A stretch of DNA of 64,000 bases from Firmicutes bacterium UBA4795 (lineage in GTDB: Bacteria; Bacillota; Desulfotomaculia; Desulfotomaculales; Nap2-2B): NCBI GenBank assembly GCA_002402825.1, contig DHGP01000004.1, positions 19,259 to 83,258 on the forward strand, given 5' to 3'. Made by a program: the position numbers and the translations under genes. Under the pieces are notes generated by a model that made no database searches, was not told where the DNA came from, and saw nothing but the letters and a program-made list of their open reading frames with translations. Shown here piece by piece: positions 47,499 through 55,935 of this stretch (positions are counted from its first letter, which is position 1; every line of letters starts with the position of its first letter).

Positions 47499-48308
47499 TT
47501 GCCGGCAAAAGACATTTATGACCGCAGCCTGAAAATTTTAGCTAAACAGTACCCCAGACCTTTTATTAAATTAGCTCTTGACTCAACAGAAAATATAAAC
47601 ATTGAAACTATTGAAAACCCAGAAATTAACCTGCCGGAAAAGCGGCTTGATTTTGTTTATGGTCTTACGGATGAAGAACAGGAGTATATCCTGCACCTGG
47701 ATTTTCAGTTGCGCCACAAAAAAGAGTTGCCGAAGAGGATGCATATCTATAACGCTCTTTTGACGGCTAGCCATAATAAGCCGGTTATTTCCAAAGTAAT
47801 TTACCTGGAGCGAAGGGAATACCGTAATTTACCCCAAGAATATGTAGTAAGCTACCAGGGGAGGCGGGAGAATATTTTTACCTACCAGGCAATTAAACTC
47901 TGGGACTTAAAAGAACTAATTCTTGAAAGTGAGGATAAAAAATGGCAGGCCGAGGCATTGTCTTTAGCCGTTACGGTTGCCGGAAGGTATTTTCCCAAAG
48001 ACTTTTTACTGAAATTTTTTAAGGAGGAGATGAAAATGCTGCAGGAAGCAAGCATTGTGCAGGACTGGATAAATGAAGGTATGGAAAAGGGTATGGAAAA
48101 GGGTATGGAAAAGGGGCGAATTAAGACCTTGCAGGAAGATATTCTAGATGTTTTAGAAGAACGTTTTGGCATAATTAAAAAAGGTCTTGGCAAAAGGGTG
48201 AGAGCCATTAATGACCCAAGCGTGTTGAAATTCTTATTCAAAAAAAGCATCAAGGTGGCCAGCCCGGAAGAGTTTGCCATACTCCTGCAAGAGGCAGAAG
48301 AAGAATAA
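47499..48308 (+). CDS. Rpn/YhgA-like recombination-promoting nuclease / putative transposase (PD-(D/E)XK) with a DUF4351-like C-terminus
   Basis: The N-terminus is YDRSLKILAKQYP, and the nuclease core is RLDFVY....YILHLDFQLRH. The C-terminal helical region has a tandem GMEKGMEKGMEKG. There is an internal SD plus ATG at 48021-48038. Confidence 0.7.
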   Translation: MPAKDIYDRSLKILAKQYPRPFIKLALDSTENINIETIENPEINLPEKRLDFVYGLTDEEQEYILHLDFQLRHKKELPKRMHIYNALLTASHNKPVISKVIYLERREYRNLPQEYVVSYQGRRENIFTYQAIKLWDLKELILESEDKKWQAEALSLAVTVAGRYFPKDFLLKFFKEEMKMLQEASIVQDWINEGMEKGMEKGMEKGRIKTLQEDILDVLEERFGIIKKGLGKRVRAINDPSVLKFLFKKSIKVASPEEFAILLQEAEEE

Positions 48309-48325
48309 AAAGTTAAAGAACCTAG

Positions 48326-48419
48326 GATGTCAAGGGGAAGATGTCAAGGGGACAGGTACATTGACAGGATGCCGATGTCTAGGGGGTACCTGTCCCCTTG
48401 ACATGTGTCCCCTAGACAT
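48326..48419. repeat. cluster of five ATGTCWAGGGG 11-mers (three direct, two inverted) forming interleaved inverted repeats
   Basis: Copies start at 48328, 48341 and 48375 on the plus strand. The reverse copies are at 48394-48404 and 48409-48419. The 19-nt arms ATGTCAAGGGGACAGGTAC and GTACCTGTCCCCTTGACAT are perfect complements. Confidence 0.85.
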
Positions 48420-48431
48420 GGGTGTAAATGA

Positions 48432-48992
48432 TCAAACTTTGGGAATAAGAATGATGTTTTGTTCACTAAAACCGGTGCTGCGGGTTATTATATCAGTCAA
48501 GTTAACCGTTTCTTCCCAGGAAAGATTAGCTTTTTGTACCACCACCGTTATCCCCTTTTCCCCCAAACATACAATGGCGTCAGGAAAGCCTTTGGCCCGG
48601 ATGAGGTTTTCCAGTTCGGCTTCTTTGCCCATTTGCCGGGTAATGTTTAAAAGCTGCTCCTGGGCCCTTTGGCGGCTTTCAGCCGTTACCGCCGAATTGC
48701 TTACAATCTCCCTTAAAAGCTCCACCTGCTGGCCGCGCGTTCTTTCCCTATCCAAACGGTAATCCACAAAAAAGGCCGCTTGGTTGTTTGTTCGTTCTTC
48801 TTTTTTTAAGGCAGCCTTTTTGAACCGGTTAATATCGTCATCCTTTGCCAGGCTGGTTACCGGCACCCCCAGCGTCCCCTTATTTTTTTCCGGGGCCGGT
48901 TTCACGCAACAGTTCCAGATAAGGAAGCAAAAAAGCAATAAAGCAAATAAAATTAAACCCAGCCCCTTTTTTTTAATAATTATCGTGTACAC
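48432..48992 (-). CDS. spoIIIAH: stage III sporulation protein AH
   Basis: It has the YscJ/FliF-like C-terminal domain (FFVDYRLDRER...AELENLIRAKGF.DAIV......VVVQ). The start is set at the GTG 9 nt after GGAGGG. Confidence 0.88.
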   Translation of the reverse strand: MYTIIIKKKGLGLILFALLLFCFLIWNCCVKPAPEKNKGTLGVPVTSLAKDDDINRFKKAALKKEERTNNQAAFFVDYRLDRERTRGQQVELLREIVSNSAVTAESRQRAQEQLLNITRQMGKEAELENLIRAKGFPDAIVCLGEKGITVVVQKANLSWEETVNLTDIITRSTGFSEQNIILIPKV

Positions 48993-49614
48993 TATTATCC
49001 GCCCTCCTTTCTTTGGGTAAAACAATGATTTTTTGGGGGGCTGCCCCTAAGGCCACCCGGGTGGCCTGAAACAAGCTGGCTTTAACGTAAGGCTCACTGG
49101 CTCCTTCAGCCACTACCAGCACTCCTTCCACCCGGGCGGCCTGTTCTTTTTCCACCACTGGCTTTTCTTCCTGGCCGTTATGGATTAGAACCACCTGTCC
49201 CTGGTCGGTATTTTCGGTGGTTAGCCGGTTGCCTCCTCCCTGGTCCTTTTCTTCTGTTGTCTTGCGACTGCTGGTAGTGTTAACGGCGTATTCCTGTTGG
49301 GTAGAACTGGCCAGGCGCACGGTTACTTTTACTTTACCGGCCCCGGCCACCTGGCTTAACATTTGCTCCAGTTGGCGGGCCATGGTTTCTTCTTCCCGGG
49401 CCATCACCGAGCGGTAAGAAGACACTGCCTTTTCCTTTGGGTCTGGGGAAGAGGTGTTTTTAGAGGTGCTTTTACCATTGCCGCTTAAAATTAAAATGAT
49501 ACCTAAAATTACCAGACAGGCCAGCCACCATAATTGTTTTTTTTGGAGCTTGGGGGGGTAAACTTCTTTTTTCCTTTTGAAAAAACTTACCAGATAATCC
49601 CTAAAGTTTAACAT
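48973..49614 (-). CDS. spoIIIAG: stage III sporulation protein AG
   Basis: It has an N-terminal TM helix and the conserved C-terminal VEGVLVVAEGA motif, and sits in the operon position expected. Confidence 0.88.
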   Translation of the reverse strand: MLNFRDYLVSFFKRKKEVYPPKLQKKQLWWLACLVILGIILILSGNGKSTSKNTSSPDPKEKAVSSYRSVMAREEETMARQLEQMLSQVAGAGKVKVTVRLASSTQQEYAVNTTSSRKTTEEKDQGGGNRLTTENTDQGQVVLIHNGQEEKPVVEKEQAARVEGVLVVAEGASEPYVKASLFQATRVALGAAPQKIIVLPKERRADNSVHDNY

Positions 49615-49621
49615 GCTTAAA

Positions 49622-50236
49622 TCACCCCACTACTTTTATTTTTACCTGGTCCAAAGAAAGATTATAGAAATTAGCTATGGCTGCCGCCAGTTGGGATGCC
49701 TTTTCTTTGGCTTGAAATTCTGACGGCGCACTTGTTTCTAAACGGCTTACTTCTTTGGCCGAATCAGGCAACTCATCTGTTTTTTGCTTTTTTTGAACTA
49801 CGGCCAGTTGAATTTCTTTTACTTCTCCAAAATTTCTTTGTTTTTCATCGTCCGCGGTCAGGATTACCTTTGCCTCCTTAACGGTAAATTCATTATTTAG
49901 TTCTGCCAGGGCCTTTACTTGCCTGACCAGACCCTGTTCATACCTGGTTTTGATTTGCTCGTTTCCTACCGCGGCTATTTTTTGGCCCTTGGCCATTATC
50001 TCCGCTAAAGAGGGGGCGGATGCAGAGCCGCCTGCAATGGTTAAAGCGGGTATTTCTTTTTGCCAGCTTCCTTTTGCTGCTTCCCCCACAGCCTGTAGGA
50101 TAGCCACCATGACCAGCAAGCCCAGGACCATTTTTACGTAACGCTGCATTTCCCCAAAGGGAAGCAGCATGGGTAAAAAAACCGCCAGCATAGCGATAAA
50201 AATCAAGTTTTTCACCAAAGTCCGAATTATTTCCAT
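49622..50236 (-). CDS. spoIIIAF: stage III sporulation protein AF
   Basis: It has two N-terminal TM helices with the MQRYVKMVLGLLVM motif, and sits in the operon position expected. Confidence 0.85.
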   Translation of the reverse strand: MEIIRTLVKNLIFIAMLAVFLPMLLPFGEMQRYVKMVLGLLVMVAILQAVGEAAKGSWQKEIPALTIAGGSASAPSLAEIMAKGQKIAAVGNEQIKTRYEQGLVRQVKALAELNNEFTVKEAKVILTADDEKQRNFGEVKEIQLAVVQKKQKTDELPDSAKEVSRLETSAPSEFQAKEKASQLAAAIANFYNLSLDQVKIKVVG

Positions 50237-50271
50237 TTTAAAAACCCCTTTGTGCCTTTGTGCCTCTTATT

Positions 50272-51453
50272 TTAGCGCATCATAATTACCAGGTTGCCCA
50301 CGCCAATAACAATGGTTAAGGCAAAAAAGAAAAGCAGGCCGGTGGTGGCTACCACGGCAAAAACAATGAGCAAACTATTTCCTAAATCGTTAAGACAATC
50401 AACCATACTTCCCTCCCCTACCGGCTGGAGCAGGGCCCCGGCCAGTTTGTAAATGAAGGCCAAAGAAATTATTTTTAAAAGGGGTAAACCCAGGATTAAA
50501 AATATCCCCACCATACCGGCAATTCCTACGGCATTTTTAATTAAAAGGGAAGAACCGGCGATAATTTCCAGCGCGTCGGTAAACATACTCCCAACTATAG
50601 GGACAAAAGCATCAACCGCAAATTTTGCCGTGCGCATGGCAATACTGTCCCCTACCGCCCCTCCCACCCCGTAAACAGCCAGGATGCCTAAAAAAACAGT
50701 GCTGAATAAACCGGCTAAACCCAAAGCAACCGTTTTAATTAAGCCGGCCAGATTAGACAGTTTAAAATCCGGGGCCAGGTTGCTGATAAGGTTTAAAATT
50801 ACGGCAAAAAAAACCAGGGGCAAAACAATATTTTTAATTAGGGTGCCGATAGCGGTAAGGCTGACAAAAATAACCGGGTGAAAAAGGGCGGTGGTAGTTA
50901 CCGCGCCGGTGGCCGTGAGCAGGGTAAGCAAAACAGGCAGCAAAGCTTGCATAAAACCTACCATTTTGTCCACCGCCCCGCGGCCAAAATTAAGGGCCAG
51001 TCCAAAAGAAGTTACCGCTATTGTAACCAGGACCAGGTAAATTACCAGGTAGGCAAGCTGGCTGGTGGTGCTTTTTTCAAAGGCAGCCATCATGTTTTGC
51101 AGTACGGCACAAATAACCGCCAAAATAACCAGCTTACCCAAAAGAGACGCGTTGGCCACCACTTCTCGAAACAAATAGTTGAGTAAATAATAAAATACGG
51201 CCTCAGGTTTCCAGTCCACGTCTTTTTTAATCAAGCGCATGACCAATTCTTTAAAACTAAATTCCGGTACACTTTGCCGTACTTCCTGGTCTAATTGCTG
51301 CAGGTAATGGTTAATTTCCCGGATTTGGGCGGCTAACTCCTTTTGGGCCGCGGGGTCTTCTGTTTGGGCGGCCCTGGCGGTATCTAAACTAAAGAAAAAA
51401 AATAACATAAAGATAAATATGCTTATTTTATGGTTTATTTTTCTTTGGGTCAT
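50272..51453 (-). CDS. spoIIIAE: stage III sporulation protein AE
   Basis: A polytopic membrane protein with a signal sequence. The start is set at the ATG at 51453 (MTQRKINHK). The upstream 22 codons in the track are a read-through of a heptamer repeat. Confidence 0.88.
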   Translation of the reverse strand: MTQRKINHKISIFIFMLFFFFSLDTARAAQTEDPAAQKELAAQIREINHYLQQLDQEVRQSVPEFSFKELVMRLIKKDVDWKPEAVFYYLLNYLFREVVANASLLGKLVILAVICAVLQNMMAAFEKSTTSQLAYLVIYLVLVTIAVTSFGLALNFGRGAVDKMVGFMQALLPVLLTLLTATGAVTTTALFHPVIFVSLTAIGTLIKNIVLPLVFFAVILNLISNLAPDFKLSNLAGLIKTVALGLAGLFSTVFLGILAVYGVGGAVGDSIAMRTAKFAVDAFVPIVGSMFTDALEIIAGSSLLIKNAVGIAGMVGIFLILGLPLLKIISLAFIYKLAGALLQPVGEGSMVDCLNDLGNSLLIVFAVVATTGLLFFFALTIVIGVGNLVIMMR

Positions 51454-51483
51454 CTTTTCCAACCCTTCCAGGGACAATTGATT

Positions 51484-51517
51484 TCTGACGTCTGACGTCT
51501 GACGTCCGACGACCGAC
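51484..51517. repeat. heptanucleotide tandem repeat (TCTGACG x3, then TCCGACG and ACCGAC) between spoIIIAD and spoIIIAE
   Basis: A direct read shows about five tandem 7-mers. It lies between the spoIIIAD stop (51521) and the spoIIIAE RBS. Confidence 0.9.
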
Positions 51518-51520
51518 ATT

Positions 51521-51922
51521 TCAAGGGACTAATTTAAGCAAAGCCTGCAGTACCGCTATAACAATAGGTATGGCCAAAACCAGCACCAGGACCTTGGCGG
51601 CCAGCTCAATTTTTGCCGCCAGGGTGCCTTCACCCGCGTCACGGCAAATTTGGGCCCCAAAATCAGCTATATAAGCAATGGCCACTACTTTTAAGATAAT
51701 CCCCAGGTAAGCAATATTTAAGTTGGCCTGACGGGATAAGTCCTTGAAAAGGTCAATTACCGCCCCAATTTTTCCTAGCACCATCATGAATAACATTAAC
51801 CCTGCCGCCAGGCTTAAAAACAGGGCTATTTCCGGTTTATGCTGCCGGATGGTTACCGCCAACAAAGCAGCCATGATTCCTAAACCCACAATTTGAATGA
51901 TTTCCATGTTTATCCTCACCAA
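51521..51922 (-). CDS. spoIIIAD: stage III sporulation protein AD
   Basis: 133-aa, 4-TM protein with the conserved CRDAGEG motif. Confidence 0.9.
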   Translation of the reverse strand: MVRINMEIIQIVGLGIMAALLAVTIRQHKPEIALFLSLAAGLMLFMMVLGKIGAVIDLFKDLSRQANLNIAYLGIILKVVAIAYIADFGAQICRDAGEGTLAAKIELAAKVLVLVLAIPIVIAVLQALLKLVP

Positions 51923-52119
51923 AGCTTAAATACGGTTCTGACCTGGTCAAAGAAATTTCCTAAAAGTTGAATGACCCAGATTAAAACGATAGCCAAACCG
52001 CCTAAAGTAGCCAGAAAAGCATAGTCTTCCTTTCCTGAATTTTTAAGCACGTAATGGGCCGCCGATACAAGAATGCCTACCCCTACAATTCTAAAGATTA
52101 AATCAATATCAAAGCCCAT
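51916..52119 (-). CDS. spoIIIAC: stage III sporulation protein AC
   Basis: 67-aa, 2-TM protein in the operon position expected. Confidence 0.88.
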   Translation of the reverse strand: MGFDIDLIFRIVGVGILVSAAHYVLKNSGKEDYAFLATLGGLAIVLIWVIQLLGNFFDQVRTVFKLW

Positions 52120-52130
52120 TGTTTTCCTCC

Positions 52131-52649
52131 TTAGTACAAAAGCAATATTAACGCCAAACTACCCAGTAAGCCCAGGTAATTCCATAATTTAACGTATTTG
52201 GCCGCCTGCTGTTCAGCCGTGATTATTTCTCCTTTTAATTGTTCCTTGGCCAGGCGCAGGTGTTTGCACTGGTCTTCGCCGTTAGAAACGCCTAAGACCG
52301 TTCCTAAATTACGCAAAACGGCCAGGTCGGAAGGCAAAGTGCTTGATAAAGCGTAAAACTTATTTAAAGCATTTTCCCAGGCTTCGCCGGCGGTACAGCC
52401 TGTTTGAGCATAAAGCTCCTCACTGGCCCTGGAAAACAAAGGGGCAATTGCCTTATCGCACCTGGCGGCAATACGCGCTAAAGCTTCAGGCAAAGGGGTG
52501 GCGGTATAGGAAATTTCTGTTTCTAACATTTGTAAAGCCGTTACCATACTCCGCAACTCGCCCGGCCGGCGAGCGTAATTACGGGCCGTGCTTATCCCGG
52601 CAAAACTGCCCGCCGACATTATTAAAAGACAACCCGCAATTTTTAACAT
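52131..52649 (-). CDS. spoIIIAB: stage III sporulation protein AB
   Basis: 172 aa with N- and C-terminal TM helices and a GspF-like helical core. Confidence 0.85.
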   Translation of the reverse strand: MLKIAGCLLIMSAGSFAGISTARNYARRPGELRSMVTALQMLETEISYTATPLPEALARIAARCDKAIAPLFSRASEELYAQTGCTAGEAWENALNKFYALSSTLPSDLAVLRNLGTVLGVSNGEDQCKHLRLAKEQLKGEIITAEQQAAKYVKLWNYLGLLGSLALILLLY

Positions 52650-52653
52650 GCTC

Positions 52654-53646
52654 CTACCTCCAAAGGGAACGTCTGGTTTTACCGTCTAAAATATCTTCAA
52701 TGGTACCTACGCCGCGCGAACGCCCTAAAAGAACAAAACGTTCAACCACGTTAAGACGGAAAAGATAAGCTAAAGCCGGCCGGCCGGCCAGTTCTGCCAG
52801 CGAAGAACCGTGCACTGTGAACAATACCTTAACTCCAGCGTGTAAAATTTCTTCTAAAGCCGCCACGTCTTCCTGACGGCCAATTTCATCCGTGGCCACC
52901 ACCTGGGGGGCCATCGCCCGCACCAACATGATCATCCCTTTAGATTTGGGACAACCATCCAGCACATCCGTTCTGACCCCAAGGTCGCGCTGCGGTACGC
53001 CCCGGTAACAGCCGGCCAGTTCTGAACGTTCATCAACCACTCCTACCGTTAGGCCGGGTAGATTTAAATCTGGTGTACCGTTGCTTATTTGCCGGATTAA
53101 ATCGCGCAGCAGAGTGGTCTTGCCACAGCGCGGGGGCGAAAAAAGCATGGTATGGTAAATTGCCTGGTGGTTAACCAGATAAGGAAGCACTGGGGTGGCG
53201 GCCCCAATTACTTCCCTGGAAATTCTAATGTTTAGGGACCAAATGTTTTTTAGGGTTTTTATTTGCCCTCCTTCAACTACCGCTCTTCCCACCAGGCCCA
53301 CCCGGTGACCGCCGGGTAAAGTGATATAGCCATTGCGCAGCTCCTCCTCCAAGGCGTAAAAAGAGGCGCCGCTTACCAGTTGAAGCGTGCGCTGGATGTC
53401 TTCACCGGAAACCAGGTAGGCCCCGGCGGGCAACGTTTCCAGTTGTCCTTCGGGGCTTACAAAAGCATCATTTTGGGCCTGACCCACCATTAAAGGCCTG
53501 CCCTGCCGCAAGCGAATTTCTTCCAATTGAGCTAAAACCGGCCGGGGCAGGCCGGAAATCAACCGGCGCAGATTGGCCGGCAGCACAGGCAGTACTTCCT
53601 GCCAGGGCTCTGGTTTATTATTAGGAAAAAATTTTTCTTCCGCCAC
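52654..53646 (-). CDS. spoIIIAA: stage III sporulation protein AA (secretion-type AAA+ ATPase)
   Basis: It has Walker A PPRCGKTT and Walker B VVATDEIG. It is the first gene of the spoIIIA operon. Confidence 0.92.
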   Translation of the reverse strand: MAEEKFFPNNKPEPWQEVLPVLPANLRRLISGLPRPVLAQLEEIRLRQGRPLMVGQAQNDAFVSPEGQLETLPAGAYLVSGEDIQRTLQLVSGASFYALEEELRNGYITLPGGHRVGLVGRAVVEGGQIKTLKNIWSLNIRISREVIGAATPVLPYLVNHQAIYHTMLFSPPRCGKTTLLRDLIRQISNGTPDLNLPGLTVGVVDERSELAGCYRGVPQRDLGVRTDVLDGCPKSKGMIMLVRAMAPQVVATDEIGRQEDVAALEEILHAGVKVLFTVHGSSLAELAGRPALAYLFRLNVVERFVLLGRSRGVGTIEDILDGKTRRSLWR

Positions 53647-53782
53647 TGTTTGTCCCCCCCTTGTTCACTATAAATATGGGGGGACGTGGTAATATATACC
53701 TGAAAATAAAAATTTTAAATAGGAAATTTTAAATTTGAATTTGGGATTTAGGATAGGAGTTTAAAAAAGTGGCGTAGAATTG

Positions 53783-53812
53783 GTAGGGGCGTATGGCCAT
53801 ACGCCCCTACCG
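53783..53812. repeat. perfect 30-nt palindrome GGTAGGGGCGTATGG/CCATACGCCCCTACC (REP-like; possible efp terminator)
   Basis: It is self-complementary over all 30 nt and lies 29 nt downstream of the efp stop. It is preceded (53712-53760) by an AT-rich stretch with 7-nt periodicity. Confidence 0.85.
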
Positions 53813-53840
53813 GTTGTTTTTATGTGCCTTTCTTTTAGGC

Positions 53841-54398
53841 CTAAGCCCGCTTGATGTATTCTCCCGTACGGGTGTCAATTTGCAGCACATCTCCCACGTT
53901 AATAAAAAGAGGAACCTGTACTACCGCCCCGGTTTCTAAAGTGGCCGGCTTGGTTCCCCCGGCTACCGTATCTCCTTTAACTCCCGGGGTTGTTTCTATG
54001 ACTTTTAACTCTACAGAATTAGGAAGGTCTGCTCCAATGGATTTTCCTTGAAACAAAAGGAGAGTAATGGTCATATTTTCTTTTAAAAATTTTACCCCTT
54101 CTCCTAATTGTTCAGCGGTTAAAGCTATCTGGTCATAATTTTCCAGGTCCATAAAATTATAATTAACTCCGTCATAATAAAGGTATTGTATCTCCCGTCT
54201 TTCCACGCGTGCCCGCGGCACTTTTTCGCCGGCGTTAAAGGTTTTTTCTATCACCGCTCCGGTACGTAAATTTTTAAGTTTAGAGCGTACAAAAGCCGCC
54301 CCTTTTCCTGGTTTTACGTGTTGAAAATCAATTACCTGATAAGCATCGTTATCCACTTCAATAGTTAACCCGGTTCGAAAATCATTAGTTGAAATCAA
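53841..54398 (-). CDS. efp: elongation factor P
   Basis: A TTG start gives [16 protein letters not shown]..., the canonical EF-P N-terminus. [15 protein letters not shown] contains the modified Lys loop. The upstream SD is GGGGGG. Confidence 0.93.
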   Translation of the reverse strand: MISTNDFRTGLTIEVDNDAYQVIDFQHVKPGKGAAFVRSKLKNLRTGAVIEKTFNAGEKVPRARVERREIQYLYYDGVNYNFMDLENYDQIALTAEQLGEGVKFLKENMTITLLLFQGKSIGADLPNSVELKVIETTPGVKGDTVAGGTKPATLETGAVVQVPLFINVGDVLQIDTRTGEYIKRA

Positions 54399-55483
54399 TT
54401 GAATCGTCCCCCCCCACAAATTATTAAAGTCTCTTTTGGGGCCAGGGTAAGAAGGCGGCAACCCTCTTCTTCCACTAAAACCATATCCTCAATTCGAACC
54501 CCACCCCAGTCAGGAAGATAAATGCCTGGTTCTACGGTAACTACCATCCCTGGTTTTAAAATAGTTTCATTATCTTTGGCCAGGGCCGGGCTTTCGTGCA
54601 CCGCCAGTCCTACCCCATGACCCGTGCTATGGCCAAAGTTTCCCCCCCAGCCGTGCGCTTCAATTACCTGGCGCACTTCTCCATCTACTTCTTTGGCCTT
54701 AATCCCGCTTTTAAGGGATAAAAGACCAGTTTTTTGGGCTTTTAAGACTAACTGATAGATTTCTTTTTGCCGGGCCGTTGGCTCCCCTAAAACTACCGTG
54801 CGGGTAAAATCAGCGTAATAGCCGTTATAGCCGCAGCCAAAATCAATTACTACCAGGTCCCCTTCGTTTAACGGTTTATCAGTGGCTGTACCGTGCGGGC
54901 GAGCGCTATTTGGGCCGGAAGCAACAATAAGCTCAAAACCAGGGGCGCTGCCCCCGGCAGAGCGCATAAAAAATTCTAAGGCTAAGGAAATTTCTTTTTC
55001 TGTTTTTCCCACCTGAAGGTAGTTTAAAATATAGTTAAAGGCCTGGGTGGTCAGCGCGGCGGCCTTTTTTAAAGCCTTAATCTCAGCTTCATCTTTTACC
55101 TCTCTTAATTCTTCAATAAATTCCGAAAGAGGAGTTAGGGTCCGTCCGGCCAGTTTATTTTGTAAGTCTATAAACTGCTGGTAAGTCAAAAAGTCTCCTT
55201 CGCAGCCCAAAACATTAACTTTAATTTCCGCCAACAATTCGTGCAAAGCGCTAAACAAAGATTCTTTTACCTGGACAACCTGCCAGTCCGGGCATTCTGC
55301 CCTAACCTGGATAAGGTAACGAAAATCAGTTAAAAAGTATTTTTCCTTTTCGGTAATAACTAAAGCGCCGCTTGAACCAGTAAACCCGCTTAAATATCTT
55401 CTATTTTCCGGACGCGTAATTAATACGGCCTCTATATGGTGCAGCTTTAATTTTTCCTGAACCCGGGTGCATCTAGCGTTCAT
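54395..55483 (-). CDS. M24-family Xaa-Pro aminopeptidase (YqhT/PepP-like)
   Basis: Metal ligands appear in [24 protein letters not shown] and VEPGIY...GGVRIED. The aroQ-pepP-efp synteny matches Bacillus. Confidence 0.9.
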   Translation of the reverse strand: MNARCTRVQEKLKLHHIEAVLITRPENRRYLSGFTGSSGALVITEKEKYFLTDFRYLIQVRAECPDWQVVQVKESLFSALHELLAEIKVNVLGCEGDFLTYQQFIDLQNKLAGRTLTPLSEFIEELREVKDEAEIKALKKAAALTTQAFNYILNYLQVGKTEKEISLALEFFMRSAGGSAPGFELIVASGPNSARPHGTATDKPLNEGDLVVIDFGCGYNGYYADFTRTVVLGEPTARQKEIYQLVLKAQKTGLLSLKSGIKAKEVDGEVRQVIEAHGWGGNFGHSTGHGVGLAVHESPALAKDNETILKPGMVVTVEPGIYLPDWGGVRIEDMVLVEEEGCRLLTLAPKETLIICGGGRFN

Positions 55484-55935
55484 TTTTTCTCCCCTTGTTC
55501 TTGTTCTCCAACCAGCGCAACTGCCGCTCTTAAAGCCAGTAAATAACTTGTTTTTCCCAAACCGCTAATTTGACCAACCGCGACCGGAGCAATAACGGAG
55601 TGCTGCCGGAACTCTTCCCGGCGGTAAATATTTGACAGGTGAACTTCAATAACCGGCAGCGGAATGGCAGCTACTGCATCCCGTAAAGCCAGACTGTAAT
55701 GAGTAAAGGCTCCCGGGTTAAATATTACCGCCGAAAATTCACCAGACGCCTGATGAAGCTGATCAATTAAATCTCCTTCATAATTTGATTGTTTACAAAC
55801 TACTTCTACACCAAGCTCACGCGCCAGGGTGAATAGTGAGGCATTAATTTCCGCCAGGGTTAGTTTACCGTATATGCCGGGCTCGCGCCCGCCTAAAAGG
55901 TTTAAGTTAGGCCCGTGTAAAACCAGTACCTTCAT
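55480..55935 (-). CDS. aroQ: type II 3-dehydroquinate dehydratase
   Basis: It has [24 protein letters not shown] and EVHLSNI motifs. Confidence 0.93.
   Translation of the reverse strand: MKVLVLHGPNLNLLGGREPGIYGKLTLAEINASLFTLARELGVEVVCKQSNYEGDLIDQLHQASGEFSAVIFNPGAFTHYSLALRDAVAAIPLPVIEVHLSNIYRREEFRQHSVIAPVAVGQISGLGKTSYLLALRAAVALVGEQEQGEKK

Noticed and set aside
48274-48762. A 162-aa plus-strand ORF spanning the 11-mer repeat cluster
   Set aside because: Its N-terminal part is a translation of the inverted repeats (GTCPLDMCPLDMG). The remainder is antisense to spoIIIAH.
51454-51519. An upstream start for spoIIIAE at 51519
   Set aside because: The extension is a translation of the heptamer array (SVVGRQTSDVRNQ). 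The ATG at 51453 gives a normal basic N-terminus plus signal sequence.
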